A stretch of DNA of 63,964 bases, the filler included, from Vicugna vicugna (taxonomy: Eukaryota): the NCBI GenBank assembly GCA_013265495.1. It is 81 parts of 79 records of this genome, joined end to end, with 100 filler letters (N's around TTAATTAATTAA, not from the genome) between each part and the next. Parts side by side here need not be neighbours in the genome. Positions count along the whole stretch, not along the records: positions 12,898 to 13,377 come from PNXW01001178.1; positions 13,478 to 14,187 come from PNXW01001218.1; positions 14,288 to 14,684 come from MU057660.1; positions 14,785 to 15,477 come from MU057660.1; positions 15,578 to 16,276 come from MU057661.1; positions 16,377 to 16,863 come from MU057664.1; positions 16,964 to 17,500 come from PNXW01001263.1; positions 17,601 to 18,078 come from MU057668.1; 73 more parts are not named here. The stretch is one strand, 5' to 3'. Below the pieces are notes generated by a model. The model ran no database searches and was not told the DNA's origin. It worked only from the letters and a program-made list of their open reading frames with translations. The position numbers were made by a program, and so were the translations under genes. Positions 12,898 through 25,238 of the stretch are shown here, in pieces; within the stretch, counting starts at the first letter, position 1, and each line of letters opens with the position of its first letter.

Positions 12898-13377
12898 CTA
12901 TATTCAGTATTCTGTATTTTATATTCTAAATTCAGTGTTTGGCTTTCCATATTCTAAATTCTGGGTTGTATATTCTATTCTTTATTGTATATGCTGTGTT
13001 CTTAATTCTATTTTCTACATACCATATTCTGCATACAGTATTCTATATTCTATTTACTGTGTTCTACATTGTATATTCTCATTCCTATATTCAGTGTTCT
13101 GTATTCTATATTCTAAATTCTGTGTTCTGCATTCCATGCTCTAAATACTGGCTTCTATATTCTCTATACTATATTCTAAATCCTGTGTCCTGCATTCTAT
13201 ATTCTAAATTTTATATTCAGTATTCTGTATTCTATATTCTTAATTCTGTGTTCCGATTCGATTTATAAATTCTGGTTTCTATATTCTCTTTTATATATTG
13301 TATATTTTGTGTTCTTATTTCTTTAATCAACTTTCTATATTCTGCATTTCGTATTTATATTGTATATTCTGGGTTCT
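12898..13377. repeat. Satellite A (reverse orientation)
   Basis: TTCTATA/TTCTGTA/TTCTAAA 7-mers. Confidence 0.92.
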
Positions 13378-13477
13378 NNNNNNNNNNNNNNNNNNNNNNN
13401 NNNNNNNNNNNNNNNNNNNNNTTAATTAATTAANNNNNNNNNNNNNNNNNNNNNNNNNNNNNNNNNNNNNNNNNNNN

Positions 13478-14187
13478 AACCAAGTATTAGCAAGAGCCTA
13501 TCCATGGGATTTAGGTTTTTAAACTACAAACCAGAACCATGGAATAAATGTGCCCCCTGAAAGATGCTTTGAATATTTCCCTACATCCAGCACACAGACG
13601 AAGATGTGTTCTGGTATTCTGAGTGTGGGGAAGTTCCTCAAACTGACAGCAGCACCTGGATTCTATTAGTTTCCCTTAGCTTCTGTTCCCTGAGTGTTCC
13701 TTTAGGCCAGGACATGAGGGAAAGCTGGGGGTTGGGCTTGGAGGTCACGTAGCAGTGAGTGCCACCTGATCCATTGTGGAAGTACTTAGACGACTTCTCC
13801 CTAAACGGAACACCTTTTACTCCATTCATCTGGGTCGAGTGGAGCTGCACATCTCTCTCACACCTAAGAATGTGTTCTGGAATTCTGAGTGCAGGGAAGT
13901 TCCTCCAACTGACAGCAGCGCCTGGGTTCTAATAGAATCCCTTAGCTTGTCTTCCCTGATGGCAAGCCTAGGCTGGAGTGTGGGGGAAAGTGTGGGTTGG
14001 CCTCTAAATCAAGTATTAGCGAGAGCCTATCCATGGGATGTGTGTTTTTAACCTACAACCCACAACCATGTAATAAATGTGCCCCCTGAAAGAAGCTTTG
14101 ATTGTTTCCCTACATCCAGCACAAATGCGAAGAAATGTTCTGGTATTCTCACTGTGGGGAGGTTCCTCAAACTGACAGCAGCACCTG
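13478..14187. repeat. Satellite B
   Basis: Reverse complement of the monomer variants in 18770-19420. Confidence 0.9.
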
Positions 14188-14287
14188 NNNNNNNNNNNNN
14201 NNNNNNNNNNNNNNNNNNNNNNNNNNNNNNNTTAATTAATTAANNNNNNNNNNNNNNNNNNNNNNNNNNNNNNNNNNNNNNNNNNNN

Positions 14288-15477
14288 GGACAAATTGTCC
14301 TCTTAGAAATCCCATGGAATTGCGTAGAGCCATGAGTCTAAAGTTTTCACTTCACAAAGCCTAGATGTCTAACTTAGATACCTGATAATACCTGACCAGT
14401 AGTGATGAAATATACAGTAAAAGAAACAGGAAGTACCATTTCCAGTTCCAAAGAGATTGAAGGCCCAAAAGATAAGCTTTCAAACAACTAGACTGCGAAA
14501 CGCTATCCAGAGCAAGTATTGAAAATGGAGGTGANNNNNNNNNNNNNNNNNNNNNGAATCACAAAAGATACCAGAAAAGGGGAAGAGAAAGCCTAAAGAT
14601 GAGCCAAATAATATCAGAAAACTCAAAGGATGGGATAATATCAGGGCTCAAATTCAGTCCTAAGCAGACTAGGTAATGTAATGCNNNNNNNNNNNNNNNN
14701 NNNNNNNNNNNNNNNNNNNNNNNNNNNNTTAATTAATTAANNNNNNNNNNNNNNNNNNNNNNNNNNNNNNNNNNNNNNNNNNNNCGTGCACCCGTGCCAC
14801 AAGGATGAGAGGACAAGGAAGAGTGGTCCAAGTCCACAGCGTGAGAAGAGGAAGCATTTCCTTCAGGATTATCTCCCAGAAGAAGATGCTGCATTTTTGA
14901 TGGAACCGGAACGGTAGAGCACCGAGGACACCAAGGTCGTTCTGCGGGAACATTCCAGCAGGCCCTGATGTGTGACATTCATATATCTGCTTCCACTGGG
15001 GTTTCTGTAGACAGAGAAGCCATGGGAAGACCTGGTTTCATTGGGACATAGCCGTGGCACTACAAAGCACAAGTGAACTCTCATTTGGCTGTTTTGGAAA
15101 CACTCCAAAAGGACATAGAGCAGAATGCAGAGCTGAGAACCTTTAGAAGCTTCATTTCCACAAGAGGAAGTGTCCTGTGCACTTTCAGAATTGTGAGATA
15201 AGCGTAATCACAATGAGGTCATGTTAATCGAAACATTATGTTGTGTTCATCAAAACTAAGGCAACACAAGAAATTGGAGATATACCAGACAACACACACA
15301 GGAACAGGACAAGGCATCAATGTCAAGGACAAATTGTCCTCATAGAATTCCCATGGAATTGTGTAGAGCCAAGAGTCTAAAATTTTCACGTCACAATGCC
15401 CTACATATCTACATTAGATACCTGATACTACATGACCAGTAGAGACGAAATATACAGTAAAAGAAACAGGAAGTACC
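14288..15477 (+). repeat. Two scaffolds (14288-14684, 14785-15477) of an amplified complex repeat, possibly a decayed L1 5'/ORF1 start
   Basis: 14288-14438 aligns with 15327-15477 with scattered substitutions; weak resemblance to L1 ORF1 N-terminus downstream. Confidence 0.6.
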
Positions 15478-15577
15478 NNNNNNNNNNNNNNNNNNNNNNN
15501 NNNNNNNNNNNNNNNNNNNNNTTAATTAATTAANNNNNNNNNNNNNNNNNNNNNNNNNNNNNNNNNNNNNNNNNNNN

Positions 15578-16276
15578 TTCTTCTCAAAACAAGGAGAATA
15601 ATAATAAAATTTATACAAAAATTGGAAAGAAACAAATTTTCTAAAATTATCATTGAAAAATGAACAACGCTGTAGGTATAATCCTCCCTGTGTTTATAAT
15701 GTACTACAAAGCTACAGTAATCAAAACATCAAAATATATCACTAAAAGAGACACATAAATCACTGGAACAAAATAAAGAGTTCGAAAATGAACCCACACA
15801 CATATGGTCAATTAGTCTACAATAAAGGAGGCAAGAGTATACAATGGAAAAAAGATCCATAGAATATAAGATAAAAGTGGATCAATTTCCTAATTGTAAA
15901 ACCTGAAACTATACAATTTCTGATCAAAAACATGAGAAGAATTTACTTTGAGATAAATCATACCAATATTTATTGTATTGGTNNNNNNNNNNNNNNNNNN
16001 NNNNNNNNNNNNNNNNNNNNNNNNNNNNNNNNNNNNNNNNNNNNNNNNNNNNNNNNNNNNNNNNNNNNNNNNNNNNNNNNNNNNNNNNNNNNNNNNNNNN
16101 NNNNNNNNNNNNNNNNNNNNNNNNNNNNNNNNNNNNNNNNNNNNNNNNNNTATATGTGTGCAAAAGCTTTTGCAGTGTAAAGGAAACCTTCTACAAGACA
16201 TATGACAACACACAGAATAGAAGGAATAATTTCAGTCAATGAGAACAAAAATGTGTTAATATCCATAATATAATAT
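15578..16276 (+). mobile_element. L1 ORF2 fragment, decayed
   Basis: TACTACAAAGCTACAGTAATCAAAACA, AACCCACACACATATGGTCAATTA, GGAGGCAAGAGTATACAATGG. Confidence 0.88.
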
Positions 16277-16376
16277 NNNNNNNNNNNNNNNNNNNNNNNN
16301 NNNNNNNNNNNNNNNNNNNNTTAATTAATTAANNNNNNNNNNNNNNNNNNNNNNNNNNNNNNNNNNNNNNNNNNNN

Positions 16377-16863
16377 ACGGATTTGGCAATCATGCGTTTC
16401 TGACTTGTGAGCATGTAGATTTCAGGCCTTTCAACCTCCGAACCAGGCGTATATAGACTTAGAATTATTTTCTCTGACTTCATAGTTTTTTCATATCGCC
16501 GGTTCTAAAATCGGACATTTGGCACCAGAAAACACTCTTTGAGCGAATTCTCACCAATACACATGTAATTTACATTGTTTACATAACCATGGAATTCCGT
16601 ATTACGGGCATGTTTCATGCATCACGGATTCNNNNNNNNNNNNNNNNNNNNNNNNNNNNNNNNNNNNNNNNNNNNNNNNNNNNNNNNNNNNNNNNNNNNN
16701 NNNNNNNNNNNNNNNNNNNNNNNNNNNNNNNNNNNNNNNNNNNNNNNNNNNNNNNNNNNNNNNNNNNNNNNNNNNNNNNNNNNNNNNNNNNNNNNNGATA
16801 TGTAATTTGATTAGATCACATCTACATGATATTTCGTGTTCCGTACTTGCTACATATATGACG
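16377..16863. repeat. Satellite D
   Basis: AATCGGACATTTGGCACCAGAAAACACTCTTTGAGCGAATTCTCACC. Confidence 0.9.
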
Positions 16864-16963
16864 NNNNNNNNNNNNNNNNNNNNNNNNNNNNNNNNNNNNN
16901 NNNNNNNTTAATTAATTAANNNNNNNNNNNNNNNNNNNNNNNNNNNNNNNNNNNNNNNNNNNN

Positions 16964-17385
16964 ATTATCACACTAAGTGAAGTAAGTCTGTCAGAAAAAG
17001 ACAAATATATGATATCACTTACTATGTGGACCTTTAAAAATGACACAAAGTTATCTATAAAACAGAAAGAGACTCACAGATACAGAAAACAAACTTGGTT
17101 ACCAGGAAGGGAAGGGAAGGGAAGGAGCTGGTGAGAGGATTATGTTAGAAATTTGGGATTGACAGATACAAACTATTATGTACAGAATAGAGAAACAACA
17201 AAGTCCTACTGGACAGCACAGGGAACTATATTCAATGGCTTATTGTAACTTGTAATGAAACAGAATATGAAAAGACTATGTATGTACATATACATGTATA
17301 ACCGAATCACTATGTTATATACCAGAAACTAACATAACATTGTAAATCAACTATGCTTCAAAAAAAATTGAAAAAATTAAATAAA
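16964..17385 (+). mobile_element. L1 3'UTR with poly-A
   Basis: Parallels 3460-3860; A-rich tail. Confidence 0.9.
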
Positions 17386-18769
17386 ACAAAGATCCTCTGT
17401 CAACATAATTTTCAACAGTATTATAAAGGATGGCAAACATATCTCTGATAAAAAGCTTTCACTATCTCAGACACCAAAGAATATGCTCAAGCAAAACATT
17501 NNNNNNNNNNNNNNNNNNNNNNNNNNNNNNNNNNNNNNNNNNNNTTAATTAATTAANNNNNNNNNNNNNNNNNNNNNNNNNNNNNNNNNNNNNNNNNNNN
17601 ACGTGCTCCATCCCTGAGCCAAAGATAGGACAAATATGCAGCACTACTTGAGGAGAGATGAGTGGTTTTTAAGGTTCTCCAAGAATAAATCCCAGGGAAC
17701 CGAGATGGCCAGTTGTCAAACTGAGACTTTGCACTTTGGACGGTGTACTCAGCAAGGGTATTGGCCTTTTATATGTTTCCATTTCTCTTTAATACATGNN
17801 NNNNNNNNNNNNNNNNNNNNNNNNNNNNNNNNNNNNNNNNNNNNNNNNNNNNNNNNNNNNNNNNNNNNNNNNNNNNNNNNNNNNNNNNNNNNNNNNNNNN
17901 NNNNNNNNNNNNNNNNNNNNNNNNNNNNNNNNNNNNNNNNNNNNNNNNNNNNNNNNNNNNNNNNATCTCCTCTGTCATAACCCATGAAAAGACCAGAGTA
18001 TATTAACTTGTCTTTGTTAAAATCAAAGAACATATCAAATATGGAGACAGATTTGTTCTTTCCTAGTTCAGTAGTGCCNNNNNNNNNNNNNNNNNNNNNN
18101 NNNNNNNNNNNNNNNNNNNNNNTTAATTAATTAANNNNNNNNNNNNNNNNNNNNNNNNNNNNNNNNNNNNNNNNNNNNCTGAAGGTCAGTGAGATAACGC
18201 GGCCAGTGAGCTTGGGTCAAGCAAGTTCTCCTCCAGTCACATTTACTCCATTGTTGCTTTTACTATTTCACAGTCATTAATTTTTAAAACAATGCTTTGG
18301 TGCAGGAGCAGAGCCTATTTCTCTCCTGCTACTCTTGTTGGGAGTAAGTAAAACTGTCCAGACTGAAATGCGACCACAATTTGTAGCTCAAAAGCTGCCT
18401 AGACGCATGTAGGTGGAGTTTTTGTTTGGGGCGCTGACCACGTTGGTGTCCCCCGGCAGCACCGCTCCCCTCAGGCCCCTGCCTTCCCTGGAGCAGGAGG
18501 TGACGTTGGGTCTCACCGTCCTTGCGTCCCTGGCCTCACATACTCACGTAAATTCTTGTACTTGCTGTCAAAATCATTTTTGTTCTTGTGTGTTTCTATA
18601 TTTCTCTTGTTCCTCTTTTCCTTCTTCTTTATTCCTTTTTCTCTTGTACTGCCCACTGAGCATGTTGTTNNNNNNNNNNNNNNNNNNNNNNNNNNNNNNN
18701 NNNNNNNNNNNNNTTAATTAATTAANNNNNNNNNNNNNNNNNNNNNNNNNNNNNNNNNNNNNNNNNNNN

Positions 18770-19693
18770 AACACCTCCACAAACCATAGAGAGGTCTTCG
18801 CAAATACTTGGATTTGGAGCCCAAACCACACTTTCACCCGCACTCCCGCCTAGGTTTTCCATCAGGGAAGACAAGCAAAGGGATTCAATTAGAACCCAGG
18901 CGCTGCTGTCAGTTGGAGGAACTTCCCTGCACTCAGAATCCCAGAACACATTCTTAGGTGTGGTAAAGTTGTGCAATACCACTCCACCCAGATGAATGGA
19001 GGAAAAGGTGTTCCGTTTATGGAGAAGTCCTCTAAGTACTTCCTCAGTGGATCAGGGGGCACTCACTGCTACTTGGCCTCCAAACCCAACCCCCAGCTTT
19101 CCCTCATGGCCTGGCGTAAAGGAACACTCGGGGAACAGAAGCTAAGTGATACTAATAGAACCCAGGTCTGCTGTCAGTTGGAGGAAAATCCCCACACTCA
19201 GAATACAAGAACACTTCTTCGCGTGTGTGCTGGATGTAGGGAAACAGTCAAAGCATCTTTCACGGGGCACATTTATTCCATGGTTGTGGGTTGTAGGTTA
19301 AAATCCCACATCCCATGGATAGGCTCTCGCTAATACTTGGTTTAGAGCCCAACCCACACTTTCCCCCACTCTACAGCCTAGGCATGCCATCAGGGAAGAC
19401 AACCTAAGGGATTCTATTAGAACCCAGGCGCTGATGTCACCTGAAATTGCCAGCCCACACTCAGTATAGCAGAAAAGTACTTAATGTGTGTTCTGGTGGT
19501 GGGGATAGAGAGTCCACGCTTTTTTCAAGGAGCACAGCTATTACCATGTTGTGGGCTTTGGTTAATAACCTCCAAATCCCATGGAGATGCACTCGCTAAT
19601 ACTTGGATTTAGGGACCAACCCACCCTTTCCCCAGCACTCCGTATCTAGCAACCAAACAGGGTAGACAAGTTAAGCGTTTTTATAAGAACCAA
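18770..19693. repeat. Satellite B
   Basis: AGAACC(C)AGG anchor at 18891, 19157, 19419 and 19686 gives 266/262/267-bp periods; monomers mutually diverged. Confidence 0.92.
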
Positions 19694-19793
19694 NNNNNNN
19701 NNNNNNNNNNNNNNNNNNNNNNNNNNNNNNNNNNNNNTTAATTAATTAANNNNNNNNNNNNNNNNNNNNNNNNNNNNNNNNNNNNNNNNNNNN

Positions 19794-20370
19794 TCACAGA
19801 AACTTGTGTTGGCTCACAGGTCTCACCTCAAATGCTTCCAGAGCAGTAGCTAGTTGCAGAAAAATGTGTTACAGCTGGGTGTTACAGCTCAGTTGTGACA
19901 GCAACCTGGATCCAGACGAGAAACCGAGCAGCACTCGGAGGGTTGGAGAACTCACGTTTATTACACCAGCAGGCCCAGAAGGGTTAACACTCCAAGCTCT
20001 GGACCCTGTCTGCAGGTTTACACAGGCCTTTTATAGGCTGCCAGTTCTACACTTTGCGACATCATATGCAAATAAAGTACAACAGAAGTTAACCAACCAG
20101 GAACAAGCTTTGTAGAAATAGACCAATCAGGAGTGAGCTCCATGCAAATGAAGTACTACAAATGGACCAATCAGAAGTTAGGGAAGTGGACCTATCAGAA
20201 ATGAGAGTAATAACCAATCAGGAGTGAGAGTAGTAACCAATCAGGAGTGAAGGAAATAATCAATCAGAAGTGAGCTCAGGGAACCAATAGATTTCTAGGT
20301 GTAAGTTAGCCACCTTAGAGGCAAAAAGTGAGATAGAGCCTCTGGGCCAGGGAACCGGACGGTGCTAAGA
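19794..20370 (-). mobile_element. ERV LTR with CCAAT/octamer-rich U3
   Basis: On the minus strand: CCAAT array (20120-20290), CTATAAAA (20036-20029), then AATAAA (19962-19957), in LTR order. Confidence 0.7.
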
Positions 20371-20596
20371 TCTCCAAAAATCTGTTAATCCAAGTACCCA
20401 AGTTATCTTAAGAACAAAGAGACCAAACACCCCACTCCAAACACCTGCCCCTCACACGGCATTAAACCTGCAACAATGTGAACTTCCACACCACAGNNNN
20501 NNNNNNNNNNNNNNNNNNNNNNNNNNNNNNNNNNNNNNNNTTAATTAATTAANNNNNNNNNNNNNNNNNNNNNNNNNNNNNNNNNNNNNNNNNNNN

Positions 20597-21497
20597 CGAA
20601 CACTTGCACAGTTATCCTGAAAGTGGGCAGCCTCCTCCAACATAGAGCAGGGCCTTGGTTCTTATAAAATCGCTTAACTTGTCTACCATGTTTGGTTGCC
20701 TGATACGGAGTGCTCGGGAAAGGGTGGGTTGGGCTCTAAATCCAAGTATTAGCGAGTGCTTCTNNNNNNNNNNNNNNNNNNNNNNNNNNNNNNNNNNNNN
20801 NNNNNNNNNNNNNNNNNNNNNNNNNNNNNNNNNNNNNNNNNNNNNNNNNNNNNNNNNNNNNNNNNNNNNNNNNNNNNTGAAGAAGCAGTTCTAATAGAAT
20901 CCCTTAGCTTGTAATCCCTGAGTGTTTCCCTAGGACTGACTCTGAGAGAAACCTGGGGGTTGGGCTTTGAGGCCAAATAGTAGCGAGTGTCCCCGATCCG
21001 ATGGAGAAGGATTTAGATGAATTCTCCATAAAGGGAAACACCTGAGCACCCATTCATCTGCCTGGAGTGGGGCTTCAAATCCCCCTACCACACAAGGTTG
21101 GGTTCCAGTATCCTGAGGGTGGGGTAGTTCCTCCAACTGACATCAGCGTCTTGCTTTTAATAGAATCCCTTGTTTGTCTTCCCTGATGGTTTGCCTAGGC
21201 CAATGTGTGGTTGAAAGTGGGATTTGGGATCTAACACTAAGTATTAGCGTGTGCCTCTCCATGGGAAGTGGAGATGTTTAAAGTACAGCCCACAAATTGG
21301 GAATTACTGTGACCCCTGAAAAATGCGTGTGCTCTTTCCCCAGGTCCAGCACACACAGGAAGAATTGTTCTGGGGTTCTGAGTGTGGGGAGGTTCCTCCA
21401 ACAGACAGCAGCACCTGGGTTTTAATAGAATCCCTTAGCTTGACTTCCCTAAGTGTTTTCATAGGCCTAGCAGAAAGCGATGGTGGGGGATGGGCTC
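20597..21497. repeat. Satellite B
   Basis: TAATAGAATCCCTTAGCTTG and CCAAGTATTAGCGAG motifs at ~265-bp spacing. Confidence 0.9.
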
Positions 21498-21597
21498 NNN
21501 NNNNNNNNNNNNNNNNNNNNNNNNNNNNNNNNNNNNNNNNNTTAATTAATTAANNNNNNNNNNNNNNNNNNNNNNNNNNNNNNNNNNNNNNNNNNNN

Positions 21598-22608
21598 TTC
21601 TGTGTTCTGCATTCCATGTTCTAAATTCTGGGTTCTATATTTCCTATTCTATATTGTATATTGTGTGTTCTTCATTATATATTCTACATTCTATATTCTG
21701 TATTCCGTTTTCTATATTCTATATTATGGGTTCTACATTCTATATATTATATACTATTTCCAGTATTCTTTTTTCTATATTCTTAATTCTGTGTTCTGCA
21801 TTCCATATTCTTAATTTTATCTACGGTATTCTGTATTGTATATTCCAAATTCTGTGTTCTGCCTTCTATTTTCTAAATTCTATATTCACTATTCCGTATT
21901 CTCTATTCTATATTCTGTGTTCTACATTCTATATTCTGTATACTTTATTTTTCATTCCGTATTCTATATTCTATATTCTGTGCTCTACATTCTATGTTGT
22001 AAATTCTATATCATTATTATGTATTCTATAATCAATATTCTGTGTTCTGCATGATAATTTCTAAATTCTATATTCACTATTCCGTATTCTCTATTCTAAA
22101 TTCTGTGTTCGGCATTCCATTAATAAATTCTAGCTTTTATATCCTTTTTTATATATTCAATATTATGTGTTCTACATTCTATATCCTACATTCAATATTC
22201 TGCATTCATTTCCTTTATTCTATATTCTGTGTTCTATATTCTTTATTCTAAATTCTATATTAAGTATTCTGTATTCTATATTCTAAATTCTGTGTTCTGC
22301 ATTCCATTTCTAAATTCTGGGTTCTATAATTTCTTTTATATATTCTATATTTTCTGTTCTTCATTCTATATTCTACATCCTATATTCTGCATTCCTTATT
22401 CTATATTTTATATTCTGTGTTNNNNNNNNNNNNNNNNNNNNNNNNNTCTTCAGTATTCTGTATTCTATATTGTGAATTCTGTGTTCTGCATTCCATGTTC
22501 TAAATTCTGGGTTCTATACTTTCTATTCTATATTCTGCATTGTGTGTTCTACATTCTATATTTTACATTCTATATTCTGTATTCCGTTTACTATATTCTA
22601 TATTATGG
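21598..22608. repeat. Satellite A (reverse)
   Basis: 7-mer chain. Confidence 0.92.
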
Positions 22609-23233
22609 NNNNNNNNNNNNNNNNNNNNNNNNNNNNNNNNNNNNNNNNNNNNTTAATTAATTAANNNNNNNNNNNNNNNNNNNNNNNNNNNNNNNNNNNN
22701 NNNNNNNNTATATATGAGAATATTCAAGTGCAGAAAGGTAAACCGACTTACACTAGGCTCCAAAGGTGGAAGAAGGCTCACGTGTTTAGCAAAGAACATT
22801 TGTAGAAAATAGAAGGATTCCCACCTTCACTCAGAGATGGACGAATTGGTGGTGAAGCCAATGGGCCAAATGTCTCTAAATCAAATCATCCAGTTCGGGA
22901 TTGAGCCCTCAGCAACCAATATAGCATTTCTCCAGATGAATGATGTCTGATTCTTCCACTGACAATCAAATCAAACAAGATTATAAAATCTCACTCTTCT
23001 CTTCTGGACAATTCATTAGTTCAACCTGATAATGTAACTTCTAAATATACATTTTAGTTTCCCAGTTAAACTGTTAAAAAACTACCTGAAACAAAAACTC
23101 TGAAAGACAAATATATTGTATCTAAAGTGGCATNNNNNNNNNNNNNNNNNNNNNNNNNNNNNNNNNNNNNNNNNNNNTTAATTAATTAANNNNNNNNNNN
23201 NNNNNNNNNNNNNNNNNNNNNNNNNNNNNNNNN

Positions 23234-24175
23234 CTGAACTGGGCTGAGCCGGGCTGAGCCAGGCTGGGCTGAACTGGGCTAAGCAGGGCTGATTTGGTGA
23301 GCTGGGCTGAGGTGGGTTGAACTGGGCTGAACTGAACTGGAATGAGCCGGGTTGACCTGAGCTGGGTTGAGCTGAGCTGGGTTGAGCTGAGCTGAGCTGG
23401 GCTGAGCGGAGCTGAGCTGGGCTGAGCTGGGCTGGGCTGGGCTGAACTGGACTGGGCTGAGCAGGGCTGAGCCGTGCTGGCTCAGCTGGGCTGAGCTGGG
23501 CCGAGCTGAGCTGAGCTGGGCTGAGCTGGGCTGGGCTGGGCTGAACTGGACTGGGCTGAGCAGGGCTGAGCCGTGCTGGCTCAGCTGGGCTGAGCTGGGC
23601 CGAGCTGAGCTGAGCTGGGCTGAGCTGGGCTGGGCTGGGCTGAGCTGAGCTGAGCTGGGCTGAGCGGAGCTGAGCTGGGCTGAGCTGGGCTGGGCTGAGC
23701 TGGGCTGAGCTGGGCTGAGCTGAGATGGGCTAGCTGGGCTGAACTGGGTTGAGCTGGGCTCAGCTGGGCTCAGCTGGGCTCAGCTGGGCTGAGCCGAGCT
23801 GAGCTGGGTTGAGCTGAGCTGAGCTGGGCTGAGCTGGGCTGAGCTGGGCTGAACTGGACTGGGCTGAGCAGGGCTGAGCCGTGCTGGCTCAGCTGGGCTG
23901 AACTGGGCCGAGCTGAGCTTAGCTGGGCTGAGCTGAGCTGGGCTAAGCTACGCTGAGCTGAGCTGAGCTGAGATGAGCTGGGCTGAGCTGAGCTGGGCTG
24001 GGCTGAACTGAGCTGAGCTGAGCTGAGCTGAGCTGGGCTCAGCTGAATAGAGTTGGGAGGAGCTGGGCTGAACTGGGCTGAGCTGAGCTGAGCTGGGCTG
24101 GGCTGAGCTGAGCTGAGTTGGGCTGAGCTGAGCTTGGCTAACCTGGGCTGAGCTGGGTTGAGCTGAGCTGGGCTG
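23234..24175 (+). repeat. Immunoglobulin heavy-chain switch region (S-mu/S-alpha/S-epsilon type)
   Basis: About 940 bp of GAGCT/GGGCT/GAACT pentamers, dense AGCT AID hotspots, G-rich top strand. Confidence 0.88.
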
Positions 24176-24275
24176 NNNNNNNNNNNNNNNNNNNNNNNNN
24201 NNNNNNNNNNNNNNNNNNNTTAATTAATTAANNNNNNNNNNNNNNNNNNNNNNNNNNNNNNNNNNNNNNNNNNNN

Positions 24276-25138
24276 TTTCTGCTGAAACAACCGCACTCTC
24301 AGGACATGGATCCATTTGTTACATGGGAGCTGAAATTCCAAGAATGGAACCAACCCCAATGTGCACTTAACTGTCTGTCTCTTTTGCCCTTAGTACACTT
24401 TGGAAGAGCTACTTGCGTTTGTTATAGGCTTCTTTCATTTCTTCCCTACGTAGCGTATAATATGGCATTCCTTCATCCTGTTAGAAGACATACAATTTAA
24501 CATCACGGACTAGGAATCCATTTGATTCCAAATCGGCATTTGGGTTAGGTCACGATATGCTCTTATGAATCAATATTTACGAATATGAATGCACGCCTCT
24601 GATTTCCGAATACAAGTGCGCTGAGTACATGCAAGCAGCGATACTAATTCNNNNNNNNNNNNNNNNNNNNNNNNNNNNNNNNNNNNNNNNNNNNNNNNNN
24701 NNNNNNNNNNNNNNNNNNNNNNNNNNNNNNNNNNNNNNNNNNNNNNNNNNNNNNNNNNNNNNNNNNNNNNNNNNNNNNNNNNNNNNNNNNNNNNNNNNNN
24801 NNNNNNNNNNNNNNNNNNNNNNNNNNNNNNNNNNNNNNNNNNNNNNNNNGTCAAATAAGCTGATTCACTTAAGAGAGTGCTTCCAATCACCTATGATTTC
24901 CTGCTTCCCTCTCCCATCTTTAGGGTTTTGATGACCACATTGCCTTCTTCTTGTTTCTAATTTGCCACTCATGCTCTTCTTGCATTTCCAATAATGGTTT
25001 CTTCTTTCCATTTCATCTTGCTGCTTTCCTATTCAGGTTAGTTTTCTCAACCATTCTTGTAGGATAAATTTTGAACTGCAGAATTCTTTTATTATTTGCT
25101 GTTCTGTGGAATTCTCTAGTTCTGCCGTTATTAGAAAT
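24276..25138 (-). repeat. Amplified complex repeat, L1-derived (ORF1 C-terminus/inter-ORF); paralog of 54284-55131
   Basis: Near-identical to 54284-55093; minus strand reads FLITAELENSTEQQIIKEFCSSKFILQEWLRKLT*, resembling the L1 ORF1 end. Confidence 0.7.
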
Positions 25139-25238
25139 NNNNNNNNNNNNNNNNNNNNNNNNNNNNNNNNNNNNNNNNNNNNTTAATTAATTAANNNNNN
25201 NNNNNNNNNNNNNNNNNNNNNNNNNNNNNNNNNNNNNN

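Noticed and set aside
22825..23085. Possible minus-strand exon bounded by TTTGTTTCAG and AG/GTGGGA
   Set aside because: Stops in the frames examined and no recognisable protein.
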